Assembly: GCA_014905635.1 (NCBI GenBank)
Contig: JABVCE010000028.1
Span: 1-64,000 of the forward strand
From: Scenedesmus sp. PABB004
Lineage: Eukaryota
Direction of reading: 5' to 3'
DNA length: 64,000 nt
Under the pieces are notes generated by a model, which was not told the origin of the DNA, searched no databases, and saw only the letters and a program-made list of their open reading frames with translations. The stretch's first letter is position 1. Each line of letters starts with the position of its first letter. Below are positions 10,427 through 22,959 of the stretch, one piece after another. Position numbers and translations under genes: made by a program.

Positions 10427-12493
10427 AAGCCGCCAGACCACGAGCGGCCGCCCGGCAGCTCGCCCGGCAGCTCGCCCGGCGGCTCGCCCGGCGGCTCGCC
10501 CGGCGGCAGGCCCGGCAGGACGCCGGTGCCGCTGGGCGCGGGGCGGCGGCTCAGCGCCGGCGAGGCGCCCATCGGCGCCGCAGCGCTCGGCTGCTGCAAG
10601 AGCCCAGGCACGCCGGAGCTCGGCTCGCCGGTCGGGGGCCTGCTGGGCCTGGCGGGAGCCAGCGAGCAAGAGCAGGGCACGCCCGTGGCGGCGCAGCCGG
10701 CAGCTGGGGCGGTGGCCGGCACCCCGCTGCTGGTCCACGCCGGGGGTGGTGCTGCGCCCGCGACCCCTGCCAGCAGCGCGCCCCCCTCGGCGCCCAAGTG
10801 GCTGATGGTCACACCACCGCACGGGGCCCTCGCCGGCGGCAGCGCGGGCAGCACCCCGGTGGCGGGCGGCAGCGGCTGCAGGGACGACACGCGTGGGCAG
10901 GACCAGCGGCAGGGCAGCGGCGTCGCAGCGGGCAGGCCTGCGCGCCGCACGCCTGCGGAGCCGCGCCAGGGCCCGCGCGCGCGGCGGGCGCAGCTGCTGC
11001 TCGGGCTGGGCGCTGGCAGCGGCTTGCTGGACAGCTGGCTGCAGCAGCAGCACCAGGAGCTGCTCAGCGCCAGCGACCCAGGGCAGGCAGTGCTGCCAGA
11101 GTCGCCGCACTCTGCCCTGCACGAGAAGCAGCAGTGGCAGCACCAGGCGGCGGCGCAAGGAGGGCAGCTGCAGGCGGCAGCTGCAGCGGTCGGCGGCGAC
11201 GACACGCAGCAACACAGGGACAGCGAGCTGGCCGGGCTCGATGCGCAGCCGCAGGCCTGCCTTGTGGCGCGGCCTGCAGGAGCGCGCCGCACGGCGGCCG
11301 AGCCGCGCCAGGGCCCCCGCGCACGGCGGGCGCAGCTGCTCCTGGGGCCGGGGCCGGGCGCTGGCGGCAGCTCGCAGGACACAGAGCAGGCAGGTCCAGA
11401 CGCGCCTCAGTGCCCCGCCTCGCCCCAGGCTCAGGCTGACCCGGCCGCGCCCGAGGAGCAGTCGAAGCCGGAAGAGGCGGCAGCGGCAGCTGCCTGCAGC
11501 GACGGCGCGCAGCAGCACCGCTACGGTGAGCAGGCGGCGGCCGAGGAGCGCGGCAGCGGTGACGGCGAGGGCGCCGCAGCTCTCGAGCCAGACGCCGCGG
11601 CCGAGGCGGCGGCGCTGCAGGAGCAGGGCCCGCTGGTGGGCGTCACACGGCCAATGGCGTACGTGCGGGGCGTGCGGCAGGCGGCGCCCGGGCAGGCAGG
11701 GCCCGGGGGCAGCAAGATCGCGGGCACTGCACGCCAGGTGAGGAGGCGAGGGGAACGGGGGTGGGGGCGGCTGCTGGCGGCCCAATCACGCTCACGCTGC
11801 CGACCCGCGTTGCGCCCTGCAGGCGCGCGCCATGGCAGCTGAGAGCGCCTGCGGCGCGGACGGTCAGTTTCCGGCCTGGCGACCCGACCCCGCGACCGGC
11901 GGCTGCGCGCCGCCGGGAGCCGCGCGCCCCGATGGCGCTGGCAGCGCGCCGCTGACCGCCACGCTGGAGACGCAGCTCCGCCTGGCGTACCTGGGCCTGC
12001 AGCTCACCAGCGCCGCGGCGCACGGCGCGCCCTGGGCGGCGCTGGACCTGGCTGGCAGGCCCCTTGCGGCGAGTGGCGAGGCGGTCAGCCAGCGCAAGGA
12101 GGAGTGAGTGGCCGCACGGCGCTCAAAGCGGCCAGGAGCCTGCCGCGCCAGCTGCTCACGCGCGCGCGCTCACGCACCGCCTGCCCCCGTGCCTGCGCCA
12201 GGTACGCGGAGGTGCACGGCCGCCTGGCTCGCTGCCGGTCGCCCGGCGAGGTGGCCAAGCAGGAGGCGCTCATGGCCGCCGAATGGGAGTGGCTGCGCGG
12301 CGTGCGCACGCGCGCCAGCGCCGGCCCCCGGCAGGGCATCCTCAGGCGCTCCCAGACGGCAGGGAGCGACTGGCAGCCCGTCGCGCGGCCCCGCGCGCCG
12401 CCGCCCGCGGCAGCGTCGGCCGGCGTCGGCGCCGCGGGCGCGCAGCGCAGGCGCGTGCGCTTCAGCGGCTCGCCGCGCGCCGCGGCGCCCTAG
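9351..12493 (+). CDS. Hypothetical, largely disordered protein (4 exons)
   Basis: In-frame GT-AG splicing from ATG 9351 to TAG 12493; QPELA and (S/G)SPG repeats, polyQ, duplicated ARRTxAEPRQGPRARRAQLLLG; C-terminal GILR/RVRF. Confidence 0.65.
10204..10510 (+). repeat. Coding tandem repeats (15-bp QPELA, CAG run, 12-bp SSPG/GSPG)
   Basis: gcagccggagctggc repeats, (cag)n, gctcgcccggc repeats. Confidence 0.8.
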
Positions 12494-12877
12494 CATCTGG
12501 TGCCAGTGACGTGGCAGCCGGCCAGCGTGCGCGTTGCTGCTGTGACGAGGTTGTGTTGCACGCGGGCGTGTGAGGGTAGGCAGTGGGGCGGCGGGGCTGG
12601 TGAGTGCAGAGCTGGCACAGCCGTTGGCGGCGCGGCTCCAGAGTTACATGCTGCCCGGCCGCAAATCAAACACGCACTCACAACCCCGGCGCCTGCAGCC
12701 GCTGGGATCGCCCAACGCCGCTGCGCGGCCAGCCAGCCTGCACGCGCAGGCCGCCATGCTGCCGCCGCCAGCCGCTGCGCCCGCCGCTGGCTCTAGCTAC
12801 AGTGTCGGCACCCCGCTGTGGGTGCTCGCTGCCGCTGCTGCTGCCGCCGCCGCCGCCGCTGCCTGCGGTCAGCGCGC

Positions 12878-14096
12878 TCACGCGAGCGCCTCCAGGATGG
12901 TCTCCGCGCTCGACACGGTGAAGGCGCCGCCCTCCTCCAAGTTGAGCACCTTGACCACCTGACACCCCCGCCCGGGCGGAGCAGCGCGGCTGGGCGGGCG
13001 CGCCGCGCGCCGCACACGCGCGGGGCTCCCCCCCCTCGGGCCAGAACCCCCCCCCCCCCCCCCTGGCGCGCCGCGAGCGGGCGCTCGCGGCCCACCTGGT
13101 CGTCGGCCAGCAGCGCGTAGCGCCTGCTGCGCACGCCGAGGCCCTTGTCGGTGAGGTCCAGCTCCACGCCCAGCGCCTTGGTGAACTGGCCGTTGCCGTC
13201 GGCCAGCATCAGCACCTGGGCGCGGCGACGCGGCGGCGTTGGTGAACTGGCCGCGTGCCCGCGTGCGCTGCGACGCCTCGCCCGCGCCTCTCACCTTGTC
13301 GCCCGCCGCCACGCCCTTGCCCCACGCCTCCATCACAAACGCGTCGTTCACGGAGACACAGGCGATGGTGTCGACGCCGCGGGACTGGCGCGCGGAGCGG
13401 AGCGGGCGGCGCGGGTGCGCGTCGTGCCGTGCGCGCCCGCCGCCGCCGCGTCGCCGCCGCGCACGCGGCGCGCCGCTGCTGGCCCCCGCTGCGCGCACCT
13501 TGATCTCCTCCGCCTTCTCGATGAAGCCGGGCAGGTGCTTCATGCTGCAGGTGGGCGTGAACGCGCCCGGCACGGCGAACAGCACCACCTTCTTGCCCTT
13601 GCACAGCTGCTCCGTGCCCATCTCCTTCATGTTGCCCTCGCTGTCAAAGTACCTGAACTTGGCCTCCGGCAGCTTGTCGCCCACGGCCAGCGCGTACGTG
13701 CGCACGCTGGCCGCCCGGGCAGGGGCCCGGGGTGCCATGGTGGCCGCCCCAGCCAGCCGGCTGCTCCTGCGACGCAGCAAAGCGCGGTGTGGGACGTGGA
13801 AGCGCTGATCAGCACGCCGCACGCCACGCCTGGGCACGCCGGGCACCGTGCAGGGCGGGCGGGGCGCTGCTGCCAACGAGCGCGGCCCCACGCGCACGCG
13901 GCACGAGCCGCCCTGCAGCTGCCGCCGTCCGGCCCCAGATCGCGCCGATCACCGCCCGCGCGCCCGCGCAGGCGGCTGCAGGGCTTGTGCACGCGGCGTC
14001 GGCGCTCGCTCCGCTCGCGCCCGCCCCGCCGCGCAGTCGCGCGCCCGGGCCGCCCGCACACCTGACGCAGGTGCGGCTCACGCTCTGGGCGAGCAT
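12878..14096 (-). CDS. PRXII: Type II peroxiredoxin, plastid (PrxIIE-like)
   Basis: [57 protein letters not shown]; transit peptide [16 protein letters not shown]. Confidence 0.93.
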
Positions 14097-14307
14097 CGTG
14101 GCACGGCTGCTTGCAAGCACGCAGAGGGGGAGGGAGAGCAGCAGCAGCAGAGCGGCAGGTGCCGGCCGAGCGTGGCTGCGTGGCTGCGTGGCTGCGTCGG
14201 TGTGCGTGCGGGGCCTGGGCGCACAGCGGGAGCGCGCGCGCGCGTCGATCGAGCGGGCACACGCGGTTCAGCTCTGTGCCCCGGCCGCACCGCACGACGC
14301 CCGCCGC

Positions 14308-17300
14308 TCACGCCGCCTCCTCGCGCACCGGCGGCATGCCGCCGCTGCCGCTGCTGAGCCGCCGAGCCACGCACGGCAGCAGGCCCGCCTTGCCCAGCGC
14401 CGAGGCGCCGCCGCCGTCGTCCACCGCCTCGAGCTCCTCGAGCGCCGGCGCCTCGCCCTCCTCGCAGCCGCTGGCGCTGCCATCCGCCTCGCCGTCGTCG
14501 GACGAGCAGCTGTAGCGGTGCCTGCGGCGCAATCAGGGCCGCCCGGTGAGCCCACGCGGGAGGCGCAGGGGGGGTGGGAGCAGCCCGCCCCCCCCCCCCC
14601 CCCCCCCCCCCCCCGCGCCCGCCCCTCCCCCGGTCGACTCACGGGCCGTGCTCGCTCGCGCCGGAACGCCGGCTGCTGCCCCCGCTGACCCCGACGTCCA
14701 CGTGGCTCCCCCAGCCCGCCAGCCGCTCCGCACTGCCGGCGCTGCTGCCTGCACCGCCGGCGCGCGGCGGCTGGCTGCGGCCGCTCGCGCTGTGCCAGCT
14801 GCTGCCCGCGGCCTGGCCGCGCGCGTCGGACAGGCTGCCCGGCTGCGACGCCCTGCGTTGCGCCGCCGCCACGGCAGCCAGGTGGCCGCTGGGGCACGGC
14901 CGCGGCAGGGCAGCGCTGCTGGCCGCCAGGCGCACGAGCGGCGAGTCGTGCGGGTGCTCCGCGCGCCGGGCCGCCAGGCGGCCAGCCAGGCCCAGGCCGG
15001 GCGGCGGCGAGCCCTGCGGCCAGGGACGCGAACGGTAAGCGGGCGCTGAGCCCGGGCCGGGGCGCCAAGCCCCGGCAGCGCCGGGGGCGCGTGCCCGTCA
15101 CCCACCTGCTTGCCCTGCGGGCTCTGGTCGCGCAGCTGCTTGCTGGGGCTGCAGGCGCCAACGCCCTTTGCGGCCCCCTGGCCCGCCCGCGCGCCGGCGC
15201 TGCGCTGGTCAGCAGCGCCCCCGTCGTCAGCCTCGCTGCCGCTCGCGGCGCTGCCGTCGCTGGTGTGGCTCGCCAGCAGCGTGCGCAGCGCCTCCGACCC
15301 GTGGGGGCTGCGTGGTGCGCAGGCGGCCGCGTCAGCGGCAGCGGCATCGCGGCGCGCAGCGCGGCGGCGCGCCTGCGCACCTGGCGTGGTCCGCCGCGAC
15401 GGGCCCCTGGCCCGCAGCGAACTGCGCGACCGCGGCCTGCAGGTCTGCGATGCTAACCAGGTCGAGCGAGGCGCGGTCGAGGCGCGTCGCGCGCGCGCTG
15501 CCGCACATGAGACGCTGGATGTCACGCAGCGCGCGGTCCAGCCGCGCCGCCTGCGCGGTGAGGGACGCGATGCGCTCGTCCTTGGCCACCAGCGCGCCCT
15601 GAAGCTGCCGGCGGACCTCCACCTGGCAGCGCAGGAGCAGGGCCCGGCGGGGCGCGCTCAGCGCCGCACGCGCCTGCCGCGCGCCGGCGCCGGCAGCCCG
15701 CGCGCACCCAGTGCTGCGCCTGCGCCTCGTGGCACGCCGCCAGCGCGCCCAGGCGGTCGTCGTGCTCGGCTTGCAGCGCTTCCAGGCTGGCCACGTGCGC
15801 GGCGGCATCCCTGGGTGCCCGTTGGCGACCGTTGGTCAGGTGTGTGGGCTGGCGGCGGCTGCATGCCGCCGGCGCCCCTGCCGCCGCCGCTGCGAGCGCC
15901 CCCCGCCGCACCCACCGTGCCGCGGCGCCCTGCAGCAGCTCCTCCCCCTGCGCGGCCGCCTGGCCGGCCTCCGCCAGATGCTCTTCCAGCACGGCAATGC
16001 GCGCATAGGCGGCCGACAGCTCTGCCTCCGCTTTCTGCGCCGCCCCGCGTGCGCGCGCGGTGCACCGCTCAGCTCGCAGCGCGCATGGCAGCGCCGCCGC
16101 GCGCCGCACCCACCTTTGCGACGTCCGCCATCTCGGCCACGCAGCGCTCCATGCCGGCCATGGTCTCGTTGCGCTCGCGCGCCTCGGCGTGCAGCTGCCG
16201 CGCCGCCGCGCGCGACGCGCTGAGCTGCCCCAGCAGCGCCTCGACCTGCAGCCGTGCAGAGAGCGGCGGGCGACGGGGCGGCGCTCAGGCGTGCCGCCTG
16301 CGGCGCGCAGCGCCCGCCCGCGGCGCAGGCGGGGCTGCGCGCACACGCGCGCGCGTGCGCGCACCTGCTCCGCGTGCTCCCTGCGCGCAGTGCAGAGCTG
16401 CGTGGTGACGTCCTGCAGCGTTCGGTCCACGCCCCTCCCGGCCGCCTCTGCCGCCGCCGCGCGCGCCTTGGCGGCCGCCAGCAGCGCGTCGTAGCTGCGT
16501 TCGGCCGCCGCCAGGCCGTCCTCCAGCGGCACCACGCGGGCCTCGTGCACTGAGAGCCCCAGCCGCTTGTGGCCGTGCGCCACGTTGACCAGGCCGGCGC
16601 TGCTGACGCGCCACTGCGCCGCCGGCGTGATGCGGTGGCAGTCCAGCAGGGGCGGGTGGTCGAGGTCGCGGTGCGCCGCCAGGTAGCGGCCCTCCGCCCT
16701 GCGGCGCGGTCAGGCCAGCGGCGGCAAGCAAGCACCGTCATCACCCCCGCGGCTGGGGGCGCTCCGCCGAGCGCGCCTGGCAGGCGCCCCCGCCGCCCTG
16801 CACGTGGAGAGGAAGGCCGCCCCCCCCCCCTCCCCCCGCTGCCACACCGCCCCTCGCCACGGACGCATCCGCCCGCCCACTGCCTCGCGCGCCCAGCGCG
16901 CGCCCAGCTCACCCGAGGCTCCTGAAGGCAAACACGCTGCCGGCGCCCTCCACGCCGCACACCTGGAAGACCGAGTCTGGCGCGAGCGTGGGAACGCTCA
17001 CCGCGCCTGCGGCGGCGGCGCGCACGCTCAGCGCTGCAGCGGCTGCCCCTGGTGCCTCCCACCACGAGCGCGCGCGCCTCGCCCACACCCTGCGAGAGCC
17101 GCACGACGCCGCCGGTCGCGCACGTCGCGCCGGTCGTGCCCCGCCCCGACCCGGTCGGCTGCACCAGCGCCACGTGCCCGCGCCCGTCCTGGAAGCAGAC
17201 AAGCACTCCCGGCTTGAGCAGGGCGCCCAGCCGCTGCGGCCGCAGCTTGGCGGGCGAGCCCGGCGGCGCGGGCGCGAGCGCCGACCCCGCGCCGTCCGAC

Positions 17301-17371
17301 GGCGGCGCGCCGCCGCGGCGCGCAGCGGCCTGCAGGGCCCACAGCCCCGCGAGGCCGGCGGCGGCGAACAT
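14308..17371 (-). CDS. Hypothetical multi-exon protein: beta-rich N-terminal region, coiled coil, low-complexity tail
   Basis: Exons GVLVCFQDGRGHVALVQ, DSVFQVCGVEG, heptad-like segments (AELSAAYARIAVLEEHL; KDERIASLTAQAARLDRAL) with canonical splice sites. Confidence 0.6.
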
Positions 17372-17764
17372 CGGTGGGTGGGCGGCGGGGTGCGGGCCGC
17401 CGCGATGGGGGTTGGCGGCGCGCAAGCGTTGTTGCCTCGCCGGCGCGCGCGGCGCGCGCGGGGCGGCCGGCCTGGGGGAGTGCAGGGAGCGCCCCGGCTG
17501 CCTCCGGGGTCGGTGCGGGAGGCCCGCGTGGGCGGGAGAGGCGAGCTGTCGCGAGTTCGTGTGCAGGGACCCGAACCCCGACCGCTGACCTGCAGCGCTC
17601 TGATCCGCTGCAACGCGCAGCCGCTGCCACAGCCAGGCCGCGGCGTGGGCGCTGCTGCAGCGACGCAGCGGCGGCGGCGGCAGCAGCAGCAGCAGCGCAT
17701 CAACCTCCCCTGCCCCGCCGCACTGGGCCCGCCAGCGGCGCCGCCCGCTGCCCAGACGCGCGCC

Positions 17765-19038
17765 ATGGCGGATCCGGGGCAGGGAGCGCACCTGCCCGCG
17801 GCGTTCCAGACGTTCATTGAGCTGATGAACAAGGAGGCGGCGAAGGACCTCGTGCGCAGCATCAACACGTTCATGAAGGACTTCAAGGCCCGCGCCCCCG
17901 ACGCCGAGGCCGACAGCGCCGCCGTGCAGGTGCGGGCGGCGGCCGACCGGCGCGCGCCGCAGCGGCCGCGGTCGCGCTGCGGCGCGTGCGCTGCCGACGC
18001 CGACACCGTGTGGCGGCCGCGGCGGGCGTGCGCGCGCAGGCGTTCCTGCAGCAGATGGAGACCGCGATGGCCAAGCACCCGCTGTTTGCCGACAGCACGC
18101 CGCAGGAGCAGGACGCGGCCACGGAGGTGCGCCCACGCCGGTGCCGGGGGCGGCGCGGCCGGGCGCCGCGACGCCGGCGCTGCGGCGCCCCAACACCCCC
18201 CCTTTCCCCAGGCGCTGGAGAAGTACCTCCTTACCAAGCTGCACGAGCGCACGTTTGGGACGGCGCGCGAGGACGTGGAGCGCGACGCCGCGCTCGCGCT
18301 GCGCTGCGGCGCGCTCTCGTTCGTGTCGCCCGCCAACCTCGACATCCCGCCGGGCGTCGTCGACGACGCCGCGCTCGCGCGCGCGGGCGCTGAGCTGGCG
18401 CGAATGAACGCGTTCAAGGCGCCCCGCGACAAGCTCGTCTGCGTGCTCAACGCCTGCCGCATGCTCAACAGCCTGCTCGCCGCGCGGTCAAAGGCCGACG
18501 GCATCGGTGAGCCGCAGCGCCGCGCCGCGCCGCGCCGCACGCGCCGCGCGCACACGCCGCGCCGGCGCGCAGCGCGCCCGCCAACGCGCGCCGCCCGCCC
18601 GCCCGCCCGCCCGCCGCCCGCCCGCCCGCCGCCCGCCGCGTGCCCCGCCCAGGCGCTGACGAGTTCACGCCGCTGCTGATCTTCCTCGTCCTGCGCGCCT
18701 GCCCGCCCGCGCTGGGCAGCAACCTGGGGTTCATCGAGCGCTACCGCTACGCGCCCAAGCTGGGCGGCGAGGCGGGGTACTACTTCACCGCCCTGCTCGG
18801 CGCGGCGGCGTTCATCGAGGCCGCCGACGCGACCAGCCTGCGCGTGCACCCCGACGAGTTCATCGCCCACATGCTCGCCGCGGGCGCGCTCAGCGAGGAG
18901 CAGCTGTCGCTCATGCAGCACAGCGCGCCGCCACACGCCGGCGCGCCGCCCGACGGCGGGGCGCGGCCGCCCGCGCAGCCGGAGCAGCCACTGCAGATGC
19001 AGGCACTGCCGGGCGCGGGCGGCTGGGGCGGCCCGCAG

Positions 19039-19073
<35 letters not shown>

Positions 19074-20268
19074 AGCGTACGGCGCGGCATACGAGCCGCC
19101 GCTCGTCTACCAATACCAGCACCAGCACCAGCACCAGCACCAGCCGCCACCGCGGCCGCCGCCGCCGCCACCGCCGGCGCCGCCGCGGCCGCTGCCATCG
19201 GCGGCCGAGCTCGAGGCGGCTGGGTCGCGCCTGCTGGCGGCACAGGGGCCCGGCGTGACGCGGCAGCTCGCGGCGCGCCATCCGTTTGCCTGCTCGTCCC
19301 TGGCCAGCCTGAGCCTGGGCGACGTGGGCCGGCTGCTGGAGGCTTACAAGGAGCTGGTGCTGCGGCACGAGGCGCTGCGCGCGGGCCTGGAGGCGCACGC
19401 GGCGGCGGCCGGCGCGGCGGCGCCACCGCCGCCGCCGTCGCCCGCAGTGCCGCCGCCGCCGCCCGCAGTGCCGCCGCCGCCGCCGCCGCCCGCAGTGCCG
19501 CCGCCGCCGCCACCGCCGCCGCCTGCAGCAGAGCCAGTGCAGGCAGCAGCGGCTGCAGCGGCGGTGGCGGCGGCAGCAGCAGCGGCAGAGGAGGCGGCAG
19601 CAGCCGAGGCAGCAGCGGTGCCGCCCCCGCCGCTGCCGGCTCCGGCCGCGCCAAGCCACGCGGCGCCGTCAGCCGTGCCGCCGCCGCCGCCGGGTGAGCC
19701 GGCCCCGCCGCCGATCGCAGTCGCGGCGGCGGGGCCCGAGGCGCAGCAGGAGGCGGAGCCGCGGCCGCCCGGCAGCCCCGCTGCGGCCGGCGAGGCAGCG
19801 CCGCCGGCGCAGGATGCAGCGGCAGCGGACGCGCCGCCGCCGCCCGCGGCTGTCGCCGGTGCAGTGCCTGCAGGCGCAGCAGACGCCATGCCGTCCACCC
19901 CGACGGCGGCGGAGGCGCCCGCGGCCGGCGGCTCGCCCCGGGGCGCGGCGGACGCCGCGGCTGGCGGCGAGCGCGCGGCCGGCAGCGACGGCGGCGCGGT
20001 GGACGCGCTGCTGGACGAGCTGCTCGAGCAGCAGCAGCAGCCGCCACAGCCGCCGCAGCCTGATGACGGCGACCTGTTTGGCGGCCTCGTGGTCCTGCCG
20101 GCTGGCGCAGCGCAGGCAGCAGCGGGCGAGGGCGCCCCCCAGGCCGGCGGCGCCGCGGACGACGACCTGTTCGGGCTCTTCCAGGCGGCGCATGCCCCGC
20201 AGCCGGGCACGCCCGGCGCAGCGCCCGGCAGCAGCCAGGCGGGCGCGCCGCCCGACCTGCTCGACTGA
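17765..20268 (+). CDS. VPS9: VPS9-domain Rab5 guanine exchange factor
   Basis: KDLVRSINTF, LEKYLLTKLH, MNAFKAPRDKLVCVLNAC, GADEFTPLLIF, GEAGYYFTAL; DDLF motifs in a Pro/Ala tail. Confidence 0.92.
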
Positions 20269-20447
20269 CGCGGCTCCGCCGCCGGCGCTGCGCGTGAGCG
20301 CTCGGGGACGCGTGACTAGTGCGGCGCCGTGTTGGCACGCGCTGGCAACGATGAAACCGTGTTGTCACGCTGTCACAGCACCCCCCTCACTGCGTGGCTG
20401 GGGCGCGGTCTTGCAGCGCCCTGCCTGCGCCACCCATGTTGCAGGGC

Positions 20448-22403
20448 CTAGGTGCCGTCAGCCTCGCTGCCGCCGCCCTGCTCGGCACCGCACAGCGAGG
20501 CCAGCGCGCGGCTTGCACGCTGCGCAGCGTGTGGCGCCTCGTCTGCCGCCTCGAGCACGGCCAGGCGACTGGCCAGCGCCTCCCGCAGCGCCAGCGGCAC
20601 GCCCTGCCCCTGCAGCGCTTCCAGTGCCGTCGCCGTCGACGCGAGGCTGCCAGCCGGCATGCGCGGCGCCAGCTCCGCGAGCCGCGCGGCGGCTGGCTCG
20701 AGCCATGCGCGCGGTGGTGGCGCCCCCAGCGTCGCGCAGGCGTGCAGCAGCATGTTGAGCTCGGGCGCGCTCGCCAGCTCCAAGGACGGGACGCTGCCGG
20801 CCAGCCAGGCCTCCAGCCACGCAGCGCTCGGCCGGCAGCCCACGCCCACCGCGCCCCACAGCGCGAGCGCCAGGCCCGCGCGGCTCAGCCGCGGCCGCAT
20901 CGCGCCCAGGCACTCCAGCGCGGCGTCGCGCGCGGGCGGCGGCAGCCGCGTGCGCAGCAGCGCGGCGGCGTGCAGGCAAGCGGGCACGCGCACTTGCGCC
21001 AGCGGACCGCCGCCGCCGCAGGCCAGCGCCGGCGGCAGCCACGCCGCGCCGCACGCGGCCGCCATCGCTGGGTCGAGCTGGCGCCGCAGCCCCGCGAGGC
21101 CCGTGAGCAGCTGGTGCAGCTGCTTGGCAAGGGCGTGCGCCTGCACGGCGTCCAGCGCGGCAGCACGGACGACGCCGCCGCTGCCGTCGGCGCCCTCGAG
21201 CTCGCCGCCGCCGCCGCCGCCACCGCCGCCGGGTGCGGCGGGGGCCCCCGCCGCCTCGAGGGCGGGCTTGAGGCGCACGTGCGCGTACGCGAGCAGGCGC
21301 TCGAGCAGATCGCGCGGCAGCGCGACGAGGCGCAGGCGGCCCGCCGCCCAGACCACGGCCGCGAGCTGCCGGGGCGTGAGCTGGTCCGTAGTCCAGTAGA
21401 GCTGGTCCCACACCTCCAGCAGCCACGGCCCCGGCGGCACGTAGCCCAGCCGCGCGACGCCCACCAGCAGCGCGCACAGCTCGCGGCAGCTCGCGCCCGC
21501 CAGCAGCGGCCTGCTCGCCGACAGCGCCGCCGCCAGGAACGCCGGCGGCGGGCGCAGCCGCAGCGGCGCCAGCGACCACACCAGCAGCGCGAGGTCCAGC
21601 GGCGCCATGCCGCGCAGCGCCGGCTCCAGCGCCGCCAGCACCGGCGCCGCCGCGCCGGGCGGCAGCCGCGCACGCAGGCGCACGCTCGCGTGCAGCAGCG
21701 TCACCAGGCTGCGCGGCGGGAAGGCGGGCAGCGCCGCGCCGTGGGCGTCGAGCAGCTGCTGGAACCAGCCGGCGGGCATGGGCGGCGCGAGGCGCGACAG
21801 CGCCCACGCCAGCAGCGCGAGGTCGCGCGGCGACAGCTCCTGCCCCGTCGCCGCCACGCGCGCCAGCAGCGGCGGCCACACGGCGTCCGGCAGCGCCGCG
21901 CGCAGGCGCGCGAGCGCCCACAGGCTCGTCGCGAGCTCGTGCGCGTCAAACGCGGCGACCGGCGGCGCCGCCGGCGTGCCGGCGGCGCCGGGCTGCTCCT
22001 GCGGCTGTGTGAGGGCCGCCAGGCAGCGCCGCAGCTGGCGCCAGCCGTCCGCCGAGAGCTGCTGCTCGCCGTCCGCAACCAGCGCCGAGAGGTGGCACAG
22101 CGCGGTCACCCAGAAGCGCGGGCTCGCGCCGCCGTCGTCGCGGGCCCGCGCCATCAGGCGGACCACCGAGGCCGTGCTGCGGCAGCGCCGCACCACCGAC
22201 GGCCGCGGCGGCGGAGCGGGGAGGCTCTCCGCCGGCGCGGCGGCCGCTGCTGCTGCCGCCGCTGCCGGCCCTGCCGGGGCTGCGGCGCCCCATGCCCAGC
22301 GCACGCGGCGGGGGCCTGCCCGCACACCAGGTTGTTGGCGTGCCGATGACCGCGCGCTGTCGGGCCGCGTGCCTGGCTGCTGGGCGCGCCAGCACGCCGG
22401 CAT
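20448..22403 (-). CDS. Octotricopeptide repeat (OPR)-like organellar RNA-binding protein, single exon
   Basis: Repeated helical units such as LSPRDLALLAWALSRL-PP..W, FPPRSLVTLLHA, PPGPWL, PPPRAWL. Confidence 0.75.
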   Translation of the reverse strand: MPACWRAQQPGTRPDSARSSARQQPGVRAGPRRVRWAWGAAAPAGPAAAAAAAAAAPAESLPAPPPRPSVVRRCRSTASVVRLMARARDDGGASPRFWVTALCHLSALVADGEQQLSADGWRQLRRCLAALTQPQEQPGAAGTPAAPPVAAFDAHELATSLWALARLRAALPDAVWPPLLARVAATGQELSPRDLALLAWALSRLAPPMPAGWFQQLLDAHGAALPAFPPRSLVTLLHASVRLRARLPPGAAAPVLAALEPALRGMAPLDLALLVWSLAPLRLRPPPAFLAAALSASRPLLAGASCRELCALLVGVARLGYVPPGPWLLEVWDQLYWTTDQLTPRQLAAVVWAAGRLRLVALPRDLLERLLAYAHVRLKPALEAAGAPAAPGGGGGGGGGELEGADGSGGVVRAAALDAVQAHALAKQLHQLLTGLAGLRRQLDPAMAAACGAAWLPPALACGGGGPLAQVRVPACLHAAALLRTRLPPPARDAALECLGAMRPRLSRAGLALALWGAVGVGCRPSAAWLEAWLAGSVPSLELASAPELNMLLHACATLGAPPPRAWLEPAAARLAELAPRMPAGSLASTATALEALQGQGVPLALREALASRLAVLEAADEAPHAAQRASRALASLCGAEQGGGSEADGT

Positions 22404-22860
22404 GGCCCCCACAGGCTGCTGCTCCCCGGGCGGGCGGGAGCTCAGCCCAGCTGGCTCCTGCAGCCGTGCGCGGTCTGTTGTTGCGATCGGCAACGGCGCA
22501 GCGCCTTTACAGGCCGGCGGCGCCCCCGCGGCTGCCGCCGCTGCGCTTCAACTCCCGCCCTGCTGTCGTTTGCCGCCACCACCGTCCCCCCTCCCGCCGA
22601 CTGCAGTCGCATCACTGCAGCTGCCCGCCCTGGTGACACGCCAGCGCGCGCGCCGCCGCGCCCAGCGCGGCGGCTGCCTCTGCGCCGCTGCGCGTGCGGC
22701 GTTGCGAGTCGCAGCCTGCGACTGGCTGCCGCGCGCCGCGCAGCTCGGCGCGGCCCGTGCCGCTCGGGAGTTTAGTCCACGGCCATGGAGCTCCCTGCGG
22801 GCGTGCCCCACGCGGGCGCACGGCACGGAGCGGGGCTTGCGTCAGCGGCGGCGCTGCGCA

Positions 22861-22921
22861 GCGCGCCCCTGCCGCTGCGCGCCCCTGCCGCTGCGCGCCC
22901 CTGCCGCTGCGCGCCCCTGCC
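22861..22921. repeat. 16-bp tandem repeat (gcgcgcccctgccgct) x~3.8
   Basis: Direct inspection. Confidence 0.85.
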
Positions 22922-22959
22922 ACGCGTGCTGCGCCCCTGCGTGCTGCCCCCCCCCCCCC

